Source of the DNA: an uncultured Eubacteriales bacterium
Lineage (GTDB): Bacteria > Bacillota > Clostridia > Christensenellales > CAG-917
DNA length: 64,000 bases
Assembly (NCBI GenBank): GCA_900548005.1
Contig: URIZ01000001.1
Coordinates: 214,309-278,308 of the forward strand
Reading direction: 5' to 3'
Position 1 is the first letter of the stretch. Each line of letters starts with the position of its first letter. The position numbers were made by a program, and so were the translations under genes. Of this stretch, positions 9,379 to 19,403 are shown piece after piece. The notes beneath the pieces are model-generated. The model was not told the DNA's origin, searched no databases, and saw only the letters and a program-made list of their open reading frames with translations.

Positions 9379-9849
9379 ATGATACGTATTTCGGGTGCAA
9401 ACCTACAAGAAAAAATGCTCGTCAAGAAGGTGGAGAAAGCCACCTTCAAGCATTTGGGGCAAAAGGATTTTTTTCTTATCGACATCACGGTTGTCGATGA
9501 AAAAACAATCAAAGATCTCAACGCAAGCGCAAGGGGAGTGGACAAAGTGACGGACGTGTTGAGTTTTCCGTGCTTTGAAAAGCTCGATTTGCCCGTTGAA
9601 CAATCAAAGTTTTGCGAATGTGACTATGACGGCTCGAAGGTGCTGCTCGGCTCTATCATGATTTGCCGCAAGCGCGCCGAAGATCAGGCAAAAGAGTACG
9701 GTCACTCCTATGCAAGAGAGCTCGGCTTTTTGGCTTGCCACGGCTTTTTGCACATCTTGGGGTTCGACCACATCGATCCCGATGATGAAAAAGTGATGAT
9801 TGCTCACCAAAAAGCAATCATGGACAAGGTCGGATTGAAACGAAATTAA
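9379..9849 (+). CDS. ybeY: rRNA maturation endoribonuclease YbeY
   Basis: Zinc motif HGFLHILGFDH; 156 aa. Confidence 0.92.
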   Translation: MIRISGANLQEKMLVKKVEKATFKHLGQKDFFLIDITVVDEKTIKDLNASARGVDKVTDVLSFPCFEKLDLPVEQSKFCECDYDGSKVLLGSIMICRKRAEDQAKEYGHSYARELGFLACHGFLHILGFDHIDPDDEKVMIAHQKAIMDKVGLKRN

Positions 9850-9986
9850 GCAATAATTAATGTGGGCAATCTACAATGAATTGACGATTGACAAAATCAA
9901 GCGATGACCAATCGACAAAAATCGATAATCAACGGAAAAACAATAGAGAAACAACAGACAAAAATATCTTTACAAAGGAAAAGTAT

Positions 9987-10892
9987 ATGAATTTCAAAAG
10001 CGGTTTTATCTGCATAGCGGGGCTTGCCAACGCGGGCAAATCGACGCTCACCAACGCACTTGTCGGCGAGAAGGTGTCCATTGTGTCTTGGCGTCCCCAA
10101 ACCACCAGAAACAAACTTCTCGGCATCATCAACGGCGACGACTATCAGATGGTGCTTATCGACACGCCCGGCATCCACAAGGCGCGCAATCACCTTGGCG
10201 AATACATGATGCAGGCGGTGGAAAACTCGCTCAAAGACGTTGACGGCGTTGTGTACGTCATTGACGCGGCAAAGGGCATGCAAAAGGAAGACTACGAGTT
10301 TCTTGAAAAGAACGCAAAGAAAGCTCCCGTCGTGGTTGCGCTCAACAAAGAAGATTGCGTGACGAGAGAGACCATGCTTTTCAGCCTTCAAAAGCTCAAC
10401 GGAATAGAGGGCATACGAGCAATCGTGCCTATTTCCGCAAAGAAAGGCGACAATCTCGAGCCGCTTATGAAGGAACTTGTCGAGCTTCTCCCCGAAGGCG
10501 CAAAGATGTATCCCGACGATATGTACACCGAGAGCAGCATGCGTTTTATGGCGACCGAGATCATACGCGAAAAAGCGTTGTATCTTCTCGACAAAGAAGT
10601 GCCCTACGGCATCGGCGTGTATATCAACAAGTTTCAAGAAAGAGAAGATCAACCCATCGTTGACATCGACGCGGACATCATTTGCGAAAAGCAATCGCAC
10701 AAGGCAATCGTCATAGGCAAGGGCGGCGAGATGCTCAAACAAATCGCAACCAAAGCAAGAAAAGACCTTGAACAAATGATTGGCGAACAAGTCTTTCTCA
10801 CTCTGTATGTGAGAGTCAAAGACGAATGGCGCGACGACGACCGCATCATGCGCGAGCTCGGATATGACCTAAAAGCCTTGAAAAAGGACTGA
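9987..10892 (+). CDS. era: GTPase Era
   Basis: G1 GLANAGKSTL, G3 DTPG, G4 NKED and a C-terminal KH region. I chose the internal ATG at 9987 (AAAGGAA RBS) over the track start at 9888, which would add a non-conserved 33-aa leader. Confidence 0.9.
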   Translation: MNFKSGFICIAGLANAGKSTLTNALVGEKVSIVSWRPQTTRNKLLGIINGDDYQMVLIDTPGIHKARNHLGEYMMQAVENSLKDVDGVVYVIDAAKGMQKEDYEFLEKNAKKAPVVVALNKEDCVTRETMLFSLQKLNGIEGIRAIVPISAKKGDNLEPLMKELVELLPEGAKMYPDDMYTESSMRFMATEIIREKALYLLDKEVPYGIGVYINKFQEREDQPIVDIDADIICEKQSHKAIVIGKGGEMLKQIATKARKDLEQMIGEQVFLTLYVRVKDEWRDDDRIMRELGYDLKALKKD

Positions 10893-11038
10893 CGGCATAA
10901 TAGCAAAACGCAGAGATATGCAAACATTTGCCGCTTTTTGAGCAAACGCTCGGCGCGCGGCAAATTCGAGTAAACACAAGGCAAAAGAAAAACGGCGAAT
11001 AGGCGAATAGAAAAGTCGATTTTGCGCAATCTACAATT

Positions 11039-11176
11039 GTGGACGGAAAAGAATTGTGGAAAATGTTTGCAAAAACCGGCGATATCGAGTGGTATAGTTT
11101 GTATCGCTCGATGATTGAAGACGAGCCTAAAAAAGCCGAAGAAAGGACAAATGCAAACAGCCGACCTGAAAGTTAA
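11039..11176 (+). CDS. yqzL: YqzL-family small protein (below the ORF-track size cutoff)
   Basis: My own translation gives (V)DGKELWKMFAKTGDIEWYSLYRSMIEDEPKKAEERTNANSRPES-stop. The W..F..TG.I..Y.LY core and the position between era and recO match B. subtilis yqzL. The start could be GTG 11039, TTG 11054 or ATG 11063. Confidence 0.55.
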   Translation: MDGKELWKMFAKTGDIEWYSLYRSMIEDEPKKAEERTNANSRPES

Positions 11177-11855
11177 AGCTATCGTAACGAGAGCGGTACC
11201 TTACAACGAGAGTGACATGATCGTCACTCTTGTCGGCGTTGAAACGGGCAAAATCACCGCAACGGCAAAAGGATGTTTGAAACCGAAAGCCAAATTGCGC
11301 TATGCGGCAGAACCCATGAACTTCGGCGACTACGTGCTGACGGGCAGAAACGGAAGATACGTCATCACCGAGTGTTCGCAAATAGAGTCCTTTTCGGCAA
11401 TCACGCTGGACATAGAACGCTATTATGCCGCGTCACTGACGCTCGAAGTGCTTCAAAAACTGTCCATAGACTCTCAGCCCGACTTGTTTATCCACGCGCT
11501 CGAAACGCTCAACAACCTTGCCTACACCGACAAAGAGCCGGACGTGATAGTCACCGATTTTTTGCTGTCCGCGCTCAAAGACAACGGCAACGAGCTTGAC
11601 TTTGCGCATTGCAACGTGTGCAAGTGCGATCTTGACGGTGCGGCGTATTTCAAAGACGCGGACGGTGTGGTGTGTGGACATTGCAAGGGCTTTGACGGCA
11701 TACCCATAGACGCGACTCAAAGGCAATATCTCAGCGGCGAAAATAGAAACATACCTCATTTTCTGAGAGTGAAAGCCAATCTTTTGCTCTCGGATTTTGT
11801 GTACATAATGCTGGGGGTGCGCATAGGCACTCACTACTTTACGGAGCAAATATGA
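11151..11855 (+). CDS. recO: DNA repair protein RecO
   Basis: N-terminal OB region (KAIVTRAVPYNESDMIVTL) and a Cys4 zinc motif CNVCKC...CGHC. The ATG at 11151 is preceded by GAAAGGA. Confidence 0.88.
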   Translation: MQTADLKVKAIVTRAVPYNESDMIVTLVGVETGKITATAKGCLKPKAKLRYAAEPMNFGDYVLTGRNGRYVITECSQIESFSAITLDIERYYAASLTLEVLQKLSIDSQPDLFIHALETLNNLAYTDKEPDVIVTDFLLSALKDNGNELDFAHCNVCKCDLDGAAYFKDADGVVCGHCKGFDGIPIDATQRQYLSGENRNIPHFLRVKANLLLSDFVYIMLGVRIGTHYFTEQI

Positions 11856-13750
11856 ACAAAAAGATTTTTGCAAGAATCATCTCTGTCACGCTTGTTATCG
11901 GCGTGATACTGGCAACGTGTTTGACGCTCTTTGCGTGCGACAGAAACAAGACGATCACCGTTGAAGACGTCTTCAAAAGCTCAAACAGCAAGAGCGAGTT
12001 TTCAAGTTACAAACTTGAGATTTCTCTGCCTGCGGGGTGGAGCGTATACACTTCGAGCGGCACGGGCTCTCAAAGCGCGTCCCACAACAGCGACGTGGGA
12101 TACATAGAGAGCATCAACGCATTCGTGGTGCAAAAGAACGGAGTTTTGTCCATTGTCAAGATGAATGACGAAAAGATATATTTTGACGGCGGCATCAAAG
12201 GTATGATTTTCCCCGAGTGGATCGGCGTGTCGGCTGTCAGAGTCAAAGACGGACTTATCCTTTGCAAGTTTGCAAGCGGTGAAGCGGGCGTTCTCACCGT
12301 CAACGGCGAGACCGTGATTTCAAGAACGAAAATCGGATCGAGCGATCCCAATTCTTCAAAAAGCCTTGCAAACGTCAACATCGACAATGCGGTGAAGGTG
12401 CTTGACGGCGGACTTGTGGCGGTTTCGGCGCAATACGACACAAAAGGCAAGACGGGATATACGTCAATTTATCGTCCCACGACAAGCGGCGCGTTGAACG
12501 AGCGCGGAGCACTTGTTTGCAGAGTGAAAAACAGCGACAACAAACTCTCCTACGTCAAAGGTTTCGATTCAAAATACGTGACGGTTGTCGGCAACAAGGC
12601 TGGCGATGAAATTTTTGCGATTCCGCAAACGGCAAACGCTGTCGTGCCCAATCTCGACTCCACGACCAACGGCACGGTGTCAACCAACAACAATAAGAAC
12701 TATTCAAGCGAAATCACCTACATCGGCGGCGGCAGATTCTTCATTCACGAAGACTGGACGGTTGAAAACACCGAAGAATATTCCTATTATGACGGATTCA
12801 ACTACTATGTGTTCAGACGCCGCATTTATACGCCCGACAACGACGTAACAAGAGAATACACCGCAAACGCAGACAAAGTTTTCTTGTATCTTGAAAACAA
12901 GTATTACAGCGGCGACAAGGGCGGCATCAACACCGCGTCCTATCTCAAAGAAGGCTACACCTATGCAAGCTACGGCTTGACCATAATCGGCAAAGTGGGC
13001 TTCTATGATCAATTTATTCTTGATGAAAATCTCAACGTCGTCATGTCGCTCACGGGCAACTACGGTATCACGATCAAGGATCAAAAGAAGGAAAAAGTCG
13101 GCTATTTCGACCTTATCATGCAATGCGTTGACGGCTACTATTACGTGCCGCTCCACCCGAGCGAAGTCAACGTCTATGACAAGGCGGGCAATCTTGTGGG
13201 ACACAACGATCGCAGCGCAGTGTTGCAACAAGAGTTGTCCAACAACATGATCGTTGCCGCAATCACCGATCCAAAAGACTCCAAGCAAACGTTGTACGGC
13301 GCATTCAATCTTTACGGACAAGAAGTCGTGCCGTTTGAGTATCTCTCGCTTTCCGCATTCCGCGGCTCGTACACGATAGGACAAAAACTCGACGCTAACA
13401 AGGTGAAGAAATACTACATTGTCGGCGCGGACGGCAAGACTGTCGATCGTATGAGCGACGGCTCAGAACCGCTCAAAGACATGGCGTACGTCGAGAAGAG
13501 CAACGAGGGTATCTACAAAATAGGTTGCTATATGTATTTCGTCAAACAAAAGGACGAAAACGGCAAGGACGTGACAAGATACGGCATCAAGAACTTCAAC
13601 CCCAACGTGCAAAAGAACATCGTTATGCCTGCAACCATGGCAAGCGGCTGCACGCTCTATGCGCCAAGCTCATCGCCGAGCAACGTGTTTGTCTTTGACA
13701 AAATCACAACGGGCGCAGACGTGTCCTACAACGTGTACAGACTCATCTAA
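11852..13750 (+). CDS. hypothetical lipoprotein, possibly WG-repeat containing
   Basis: Signal peptide with lipobox LFAC-D. Segments such as YGAFNLYGQEVVPFEYLSLSAF resemble WG/KWG beta-repeats. The start overlaps the recO stop (ATGA). Confidence 0.5.
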   Translation: MNKKIFARIISVTLVIGVILATCLTLFACDRNKTITVEDVFKSSNSKSEFSSYKLEISLPAGWSVYTSSGTGSQSASHNSDVGYIESINAFVVQKNGVLSIVKMNDEKIYFDGGIKGMIFPEWIGVSAVRVKDGLILCKFASGEAGVLTVNGETVISRTKIGSSDPNSSKSLANVNIDNAVKVLDGGLVAVSAQYDTKGKTGYTSIYRPTTSGALNERGALVCRVKNSDNKLSYVKGFDSKYVTVVGNKAGDEIFAIPQTANAVVPNLDSTTNGTVSTNNNKNYSSEITYIGGGRFFIHEDWTVENTEEYSYYDGFNYYVFRRRIYTPDNDVTREYTANADKVFLYLENKYYSGDKGGINTASYLKEGYTYASYGLTIIGKVGFYDQFILDENLNVVMSLTGNYGITIKDQKKEKVGYFDLIMQCVDGYYYVPLHPSEVNVYDKAGNLVGHNDRSAVLQQELSNNMIVAAITDPKDSKQTLYGAFNLYGQEVVPFEYLSLSAFRGSYTIGQKLDANKVKKYYIVGADGKTVDRMSDGSEPLKDMAYVEKSNEGIYKIGCYMYFVKQKDENGKDVTRYGIKNFNPNVQKNIVMPATMASGCTLYAPSSSPSNVFVFDKITTGADVSYNVYRLI

Positions 13751-13821
13751 CAGCAACATAGCGGACTTTCCGCAAAAACGATAAACGGCTTGCAATCGCA
13801 ACCGAAAATACGAAGGCTTAT

Positions 13822-14802
13822 ATGACAAGAATCGTAAAAGCAAAAGACGGCATTGACGAAGGCGCGCGTATTCTCAAAGACGGCGGATTGGTGGTTTTTC
13901 CCACCGAAACCGTGTACGGACTCGGCGCAAACGCCTACGATGAAAACGCCGTGGCAAACATATTCAAGGCAAAGGGCAGACCGCAAGACAATCCGCTCAT
14001 CGTGCATATTTCTTCGCTCGATCAGGTCAAGGACATTGCGGTGGACGTGCCCGATGAGTTCTACAAACTCGCCGAGCGTTTTATGCCCGGTCCGCTCACC
14101 GTAATACTCAAAAAGAGCGACAAAATCCCATACGTCGTCACAGCAGGCGGCGATACGGTGGGGGTGCGTATGCCCGACAACGCGTACACAAGACAGCTCA
14201 TCGCCAAGAGTTTTCCGCTTGCCGCTCCGTCCGCAAACCGCTCAAAGCACATATCTCCCACAACGGCGCAACACGTCTATGAAGACTTGAACGGCGAAGT
14301 GGATCTCATTCTCGACGACGGCGCATGCCAAGTGGGCATAGAATCCACCGTGCTTGACTTGACTGTGGACGTTCCCACCATTTTGAGACCGGGCGCGGTG
14401 ACTGCCGATATGCTCCTTGACGTTGTGGGGCAGGTCAGCCAAAACGGTAAAATCATCAAAGTGGCAAAAGCCCCCGGCATGAAATACACTCACTATGCGC
14501 CCAAGGTGGACACTGTGACAGCTGTCAACATCGACCATGCCGTCAACGAGTACGACAAGCAAGCATCTCTCGGCAAAAACCCCGTGATAGTTGCGCGCGA
14601 CATATATCGCGACACGCTCAAGGATCGCAATCTCATATCGCTGGGAGTCACCGTTGAAGACTACACTCGCAACATCTATTCCGCCTTGCACACGGCAGAG
14701 AAAGAGTACGATTACATAATCGTGGAAGAGTTGCACGGCAGCGGGCTCGAAGCGTCCGTGATGAACAGAGTCACAAAAGCCGCAGGCGGCAAAGAAGTAT
14801 GA
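13822..14802 (+). CDS. tsaC: L-threonylcarbamoyladenylate synthase (Sua5/YwlC type, YrdC plus Sua5 domains)
   Basis: YrdC-domain motif VVFPTETVYGLGANA and ~326 aa with a C-terminal Sua5 domain. It is followed by a ywlE-like gene, as in B. subtilis. Confidence 0.88.
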   Translation: MTRIVKAKDGIDEGARILKDGGLVVFPTETVYGLGANAYDENAVANIFKAKGRPQDNPLIVHISSLDQVKDIAVDVPDEFYKLAERFMPGPLTVILKKSDKIPYVVTAGGDTVGVRMPDNAYTRQLIAKSFPLAAPSANRSKHISPTTAQHVYEDLNGEVDLILDDGACQVGIESTVLDLTVDVPTILRPGAVTADMLLDVVGQVSQNGKIIKVAKAPGMKYTHYAPKVDTVTAVNIDHAVNEYDKQASLGKNPVIVARDIYRDTLKDRNLISLGVTVEDYTRNIYSALHTAEKEYDYIIVEELHGSGLEASVMNRVTKAAGGKEV

Positions 14803-15257
14803 AAGTTTTGTTTGTTTGCACAGCAAATACGTGCCGTTCGCCAATGCTCGAATACATGTTCAAGCAGTACGCGTACGCGCGCGACAAAAAAGATATAGAA
14901 GTTGCAAGCGCGGGGCTTGTGTTGCATGACGATATTATCAATCCGCTTTGCGCTCGGGTGCTTGATGCGCACGGCGTGCCATACGATGCAAGACGTGAAG
15001 CCAAGTTTTGCGACAAAAAGACTTTTTCGTCCGCAACCTTTGTTTTTACGATGAACGATGAGCAAAAAAGAGTGCTTGCAAAGTTTTACGGAGCGGAGAA
15101 GAAGATCCTTTCACTCTCGTCTTATCTCGGATATGACGTGCCTGATCCGTACGGACTTTCCCTTGACGCTTACGAGCAAATCTACAAAACGTTTTCCGCC
15201 GTGCTTTGTGAAATCTTTGCCAAATGCGAGAAAAAACAAAGTAAAAATCGTGGTTGA
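14799..15257 (+). CDS. ywlE: low-molecular-weight protein arginine/tyrosine phosphatase (YwlE-like)
   Basis: Active-site CX5R(S/T) motif CTANTCRSP at the N-terminus; 152 aa. Confidence 0.85.
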   Translation: MKVLFVCTANTCRSPMLEYMFKQYAYARDKKDIEVASAGLVLHDDIINPLCARVLDAHGVPYDARREAKFCDKKTFSSATFVFTMNDEQKRVLAKFYGAEKKILSLSSYLGYDVPDPYGLSLDAYEQIYKTFSAVLCEIFAKCEKKQSKNRG

Positions 15258-15365
15258 AAAACTTGCAAACAAGCAAGCATAAGCCTTGAAAACTCAATGC
15301 AATTCGGTGAGCGCAAGGCTAAAAGCCATTGTTTAGCAGTGGGTGTAAAAGACAAAATATCTTGC

Positions 15366-15411
15366 AAAAAAAACGAACAATCCGCAAAAAATATTTGCGG
15401 ATTGTTTTTTT
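15366..15411. terminator. bidirectional rho-independent terminator
   Basis: Stem ACAATCCGCAAA / TTTGCGGATTGT flanked by an A-run and a T-run, between convergent genes. Confidence 0.75.
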
Positions 15412-15476
15412 GTGATTATGTCAAGAAATGATGTTTATCTGCGATATTAAGGGGATAAACGCTCCATTGTGCGCAT

Positions 15477-15974
15477 TTACGCTTGCACGTCAAAGTAGTT
15501 TGACAGCAAGTCTTTGAACACTTTGATATGTATCTCTTCGTCTATGATTATGCGAGCGAGAAGAGTCTTGACGCTCTCGTCCGTCAGATTGAGAATCGTG
15601 CGCTCGTAGTTGACGATTGCATTCTTTTCGCCGCGGATGTTTTCAAGCAAATACTTTCTTGGATCGAGAGTGTAGTTTGCAAAACTTCCGTTCCACCAAG
15701 TGCGCGCGCCCATGACGGGATAGCCGCCAAGCGCATATATCGCTTTGCCAAGCATCTCGTGGTGGTGCATCTCGACAATCGCCACTTCCTTCATGGCTTT
15801 TGCGATCTCGGGGTATCTCTCGGTGACGTAGCTTTGAAAAACGTAGGTCATTACGTGGCTAAGTTCGCTTGCCGAGCCTGCGTAGGATGGCATCAGCATC
15901 TTGCTTTCTGCGACGTTTTTGTCAACGTCGATGCTCGGATAGGGCAGTTCGCTTGCATATTTTTGGTTTTCCAT
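15477..15974 (-). CDS. ferritin-like / manganese-catalase-family (CotJC-like) protein
   Basis: 165 aa with paired E..H-type di-metal motifs (EVAIVEMHHHEML and IIDEEIHIKVF), typical of the ferritin-like superfamily. Confidence 0.55.
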   Translation of the reverse strand: MENQKYASELPYPSIDVDKNVAESKMLMPSYAGSASELSHVMTYVFQSYVTERYPEIAKAMKEVAIVEMHHHEMLGKAIYALGGYPVMGARTWWNGSFANYTLDPRKYLLENIRGEKNAIVNYERTILNLTDESVKTLLARIIIDEEIHIKVFKDLLSNYFDVQA

Positions 15975-16093
15975 GCTCGCATTTTATGTTTCTTGCGTGA
16001 AAAACGTTACATTTTCAAATTATATTTGTAAAACTGCTTGCAAATTGCATTGGCTTATGCTAAAATCTCATAGTAACTTTTAGGAGGTAAAGT

Positions 16094-16402
16094 ATGCTTG
16101 ATTCATTGAATTCTATTCTTCTTGCCGCAGAACAAGGCATTAAGTATGAAACTGCAATGAATGTTTTAATGGCATTCGTTATATTGATGGTGATTGCGGC
16201 AGTCGCAATTATCGTCGTCATCATGATGCAAAAAGGCACCAACGACAACGTGGGCGTCATCACAGGCGCAAGCGATACTTTCTACGGAAAGAACAAAGCA
16301 ACCAACAGAGAAAGCATTCTCAAAAAAGTCACGTTCGGTTTGTTCGCATTCATTATGGTGTGCGCAATCATCTGTTTCGTGATGTGGAGATTTGTTGGCT
16401 GA
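16094..16402 (+). CDS. secG: preprotein translocase subunit SecG
   Basis: Strong AGGAGG RBS, two TM helices separated by MQKGTNDNVGVITGASDTFYGKNK (SecG-like G-rich loop), and a position upstream of smpB. Confidence 0.75.
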   Translation: MLDSLNSILLAAEQGIKYETAMNVLMAFVILMVIAAVAIIVVIMMQKGTNDNVGVITGASDTFYGKNKATNRESILKKVTFGLFAFIMVCAIICFVMWRFVG

Positions 16403-16423
16403 TTGACAAGATCGTATCAGATT

Positions 16424-16453
16424 GACCTGTGATGTTTCACAGGTCTTTTTTTT
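16424..16453 (+). terminator. rho-independent terminator after secG
   Basis: Stem GACCTGTGA / TCACAGGTC followed by T8. Confidence 0.8.
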
Positions 16454-16527
16454 GCCCGCAGAATTGCGCATGTTTATCTCGCGCGTATCTCTTGAATATT
16501 TGCGCGCAATAATATATAATATCGTAT

Positions 16528-16983
16528 ATGGAAAAACTTATTGCTCAAAACAAAAAAGCCTTCCACGACTACTTTGTGGAAGACACCTATGAAGCGGGTA
16601 TTGTGCTTGTCGGTTGCGAAGTGAAGTCCATTCGCCTTGGCGCGATCAACCTTCGCGACAGTTTCGTCATTATCAAAAACGGCGAAGTTTTTATGATAGG
16701 CGCGCATATTTCGCCTTACAAAATGGGCAGTTACAACAACGTCGATCCTCGCCGCAATCGCAAGCTTTTGCTCAACCGCAGCGAGATCAACAAGTTGCGC
16801 GGAAAGGTGGAGCAGAAAGGCTACACACTCATTCCGCTCAAAGTCTATTTCAAAGACGCGCTCGTCAAGGTGCAAATCGGGCTTTGCAAGGGCAAGGAGC
16901 TGCACGACAAGCGTCAAGCCATCAAAGAGAAGGAAAACGACCGCAATCTTCGCCGCGTGATGAAAGAGTACAACACGCGCTGA
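16528..16983 (+). CDS. smpB: SsrA-binding protein SmpB
   Basis: 151 aa. The N-terminus IAQNKKAFHDYF and the basic C-terminal tail are typical of SmpB. Confidence 0.92.
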   Translation: MEKLIAQNKKAFHDYFVEDTYEAGIVLVGCEVKSIRLGAINLRDSFVIIKNGEVFMIGAHISPYKMGSYNNVDPRRNRKLLLNRSEINKLRGKVEQKGYTLIPLKVYFKDALVKVQIGLCKGKELHDKRQAIKEKENDRNLRRVMKEYNTR

Positions 16984-17049
16984 GTTTTGCATGCCTTTTA
17001 CAATCTGAATCCAAAATTTTTTATATAGCGCACTGCGCACGGAGACACT

Positions 17050-18342
17050 ATGGACAAACGAATCGAAACCATTTGCGTTCAAGGCGGCTACACCCCCAAA
17101 AACGGTGAGCCAAGACAAATTCCTATCGTTCAAAGCACCACTTTCAAATACGACACGTCCGAAGATATGGCGAAACTTTTCGACCTTGAAGCGAGCGGAT
17201 ATTTCTACACTCGTCTTCAAAATCCCACCAACGATTACGTCGCAAAGAAACTCGCAGAGCTGGAAGGCGGCACTGCCGGTATGCTCACCTCAAGCGGACA
17301 GGCGGCAAACTTCTATGCCGTTTTCAACATCGCCAACGCAGGCGATCACGTCATCTCTACAAGCGCGATTTACGGCGGTACGTACAATCTTTTCAACGTC
17401 ACCATGAGAAAAATGGGCGTTGATTTCACCTTCATCTCTCCCGACAGCACCGAAGAAGAGATCGAGGCGGCGTTCAAGCCCAACACCAAGGCGGTTTTCG
17501 GCGAGACGATTGCCAATCCCGCGCTCAAAATGTTTGACATCGAGCTGTTTGCAAAAGTGGCGCACAAGCACGGTGTTCCGCTTATCATCGACAACACCTT
17601 TGCAACGCCCATCAACTGCCGTCCTATCGAGTGGGGAGCGGACATCGTGACTCATTCCACCACAAAATACCTTGACGGACACGGCGCAACCGTGGGCGGA
17701 GCAATCATTGACGGCGGCAAATTCGATTGGATGGCGCACGCCGACAAATTTCCCGGTCTTTGCACCCCGGACGATAGCTATCACGGCATAACCTATGCCA
17801 CCAAGTTTGGCAAAGAAGGCGCGTTTATCACCAAATGCACGGCGCAACTTATGCGCGATTTCGGCTCTATCCAAAGCCCGCAACATGCGTTCATTCTCAA
17901 TCTCGGTCTTGAAAGCCTGCACGTCAGAGTGGCTCGCCATTGCGAAAACGGACTTGCCGTCGCAAAATATTTGCAATCCGATCCCCGCATCGCGTGGGTG
18001 AAATATCCTTCTCTTGAAGGCGATGCCGACTACGCTCTTGCGCAAAAATATTGCCCCAGCGGCACTTGCGGAGTTGTCAGTTTCGGCGTCAAAGGCGGCA
18101 GAGAAAAGGCGGAAGCGTTTATGAAAGGGCTCAAAATCGTTGCGATCGAAACGCACGTTGCCGACGCTCGCAGCTGCTGCTTGCATCCTGCAAGTTCCAC
18201 TCACCGCCAACTCACCGATGATGAGCTTTATGCCGCCGGCGTTTCTCCCGACCTTGTCAGACTCTCTTGCGGTCTTGAAAACGCAAACGACCTTATCGAC
18301 GACATCAAGCAAGCGCTCAACCACGCAAACGTCCAAGCGTAA
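17050..18342 (+). CDS. metY: O-acetylhomoserine aminocarboxypropyltransferase (sulfhydrylase), PLP-dependent
   Basis: 430 aa, Cys/Met-metabolism PLP family, with the PLP-lysine region HSTTKYLDGHG. Confidence 0.88.
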   Translation: MDKRIETICVQGGYTPKNGEPRQIPIVQSTTFKYDTSEDMAKLFDLEASGYFYTRLQNPTNDYVAKKLAELEGGTAGMLTSSGQAANFYAVFNIANAGDHVISTSAIYGGTYNLFNVTMRKMGVDFTFISPDSTEEEIEAAFKPNTKAVFGETIANPALKMFDIELFAKVAHKHGVPLIIDNTFATPINCRPIEWGADIVTHSTTKYLDGHGATVGGAIIDGGKFDWMAHADKFPGLCTPDDSYHGITYATKFGKEGAFITKCTAQLMRDFGSIQSPQHAFILNLGLESLHVRVARHCENGLAVAKYLQSDPRIAWVKYPSLEGDADYALAQKYCPSGTCGVVSFGVKGGREKAEAFMKGLKIVAIETHVADARSCCLHPASSTHRQLTDDELYAAGVSPDLVRLSCGLENANDLIDDIKQALNHANVQA

Positions 18343-18365
18343 ACTCTCACCAAGGAGCAATCATT

Positions 18366-19268
18366 ATGCCAATTGTTATTCCGCGCGGCTTGCCTGCGTT
18401 TGAAAACTTGCAAAGCGAAAAGATTTTCGTCATGGACAAAAAGCGCGCAGTGGGGCAGGACATCCGCCCCATCGAGATCGCAATTCTCAACTTGATGCCC
18501 ACAAAGGAAACCACCGAGACGCAACTTATACGTCTTTTGTCCAATTCGCCCCTTCAAATCAACGTCACGCTCATCAAGACGGACACCTATGTGCCGACGC
18601 ACGTCACGGACGACCACATGAACCGTTTCTACAAGTCGCTTGACGAGATCAAGAAGATGAAGTTTGACGGAATGATCGTCACCGGCGCACCTGTGGAAAC
18701 GTTGCCGTTTGAAGAAGTGAAGTATTGGCACGAGCTTGAACAAATCATCGATTTTGCCGACAAAAACGTCACCAGCACCATATACATCTGCTGGGGCGCG
18801 CAAGCGGCTTTATACCACAAGTTCGGCATCGGCAAGCACATGCTTGACAAAAAGCTGTTCGGCATCTTTCCCACACACGCAGTCGTGAAAAACGATATGC
18901 TTTTGAAGGGCATGGACGACACGTTCTATATCCCAAGCTCTCGCCACACGTCCGTTGACGAGATTGCTCTGCGTGAAAATCCCGACATCAAAATCCTTGC
19001 CGAAGGCGAAGAATCGGGCGTTGCCATCGCAAAAACGCTCGACAACAAGTCGTTTTTCTTCACCGGGCACAGCGAATACGATCGCTACACGCTCCGCAAC
19101 GAGTATCTCCGTGACCTTGAAAAAGGTCTCCCCATCGATCGTCCCAAAAACTATTTCGCCACCGATGACATCGACAAAGTGGACATGAAGTGGCGTTCCA
19201 CAGCCAATTTGCTGTTTTACAATTGGTTGAATTATTATGTATATCAAGTCACCCCCTACAACCTGTAA
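18366..19268 (+). CDS. metA: homoserine O-acyltransferase MetA
   Basis: 300 aa with the N-terminus MPIVIPRGLPAFE..L..E.IFVM and IEIAILNLMP, typical of MetA. Confidence 0.9.
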   Translation: MPIVIPRGLPAFENLQSEKIFVMDKKRAVGQDIRPIEIAILNLMPTKETTETQLIRLLSNSPLQINVTLIKTDTYVPTHVTDDHMNRFYKSLDEIKKMKFDGMIVTGAPVETLPFEEVKYWHELEQIIDFADKNVTSTIYICWGAQAALYHKFGIGKHMLDKKLFGIFPTHAVVKNDMLLKGMDDTFYIPSSRHTSVDEIALRENPDIKILAEGEESGVAIAKTLDNKSFFFTGHSEYDRYTLRNEYLRDLEKGLPIDRPKNYFATDDIDKVDMKWRSTANLLFYNWLNYYVYQVTPYNL

Positions 19269-19385
19269 GGGCACTATTTGGTGAATAACTTTGTCAGGCA
19301 CGGCTTGCTCCAAAATCACGTACTAAATGTACGTTGGGTTTTGTTTCAAGCCGTGCCTTTCGCGTTCTTCATCCAAATATTGCCC
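19269..19385. repeat. ~117-bp imperfect long palindrome, repeat family 1 (full copy)
   Basis: It starts 1 nt after the metA stop. The arms GGGCACTATTTGGTGAATAAC... and ...GTTCTTCATCCAAATATTGCCC are inverted complements around CACGTACTAAATGTACGT. It is related to copies at 24864 and 25183. Confidence 0.85.
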
Positions 19386-19403
19386 TTACAGGGTAGTTAG
19401 TTT

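Noticed and set aside
9888-9986. 33-aa N-terminal extension of Era suggested by the ORF track
   Set aside because: The extension is polar and low-complexity with no RBS. The internal ATG at 9987 has an RBS and gives the canonical Era N-terminus right before the G1 motif.
9866-11040. The 12-mer GCAATCTACAAT occurs upstream of era (about 9866) and upstream of yqzL/recO (about 11024), and a related CAATTGTAG lies near 62664
   Set aside because: In 64 kb, on the order of a hundred chance 12-mer pairs are expected, so with no further copies or palindromic structure this is not distinguishable from chance.
16984-17049. tmRNA after smpB, or a SAM riboswitch / T-box in front of metY
   Set aside because: The spacer is only 66 nt, too short for any of these, and no conserved cores are visible.
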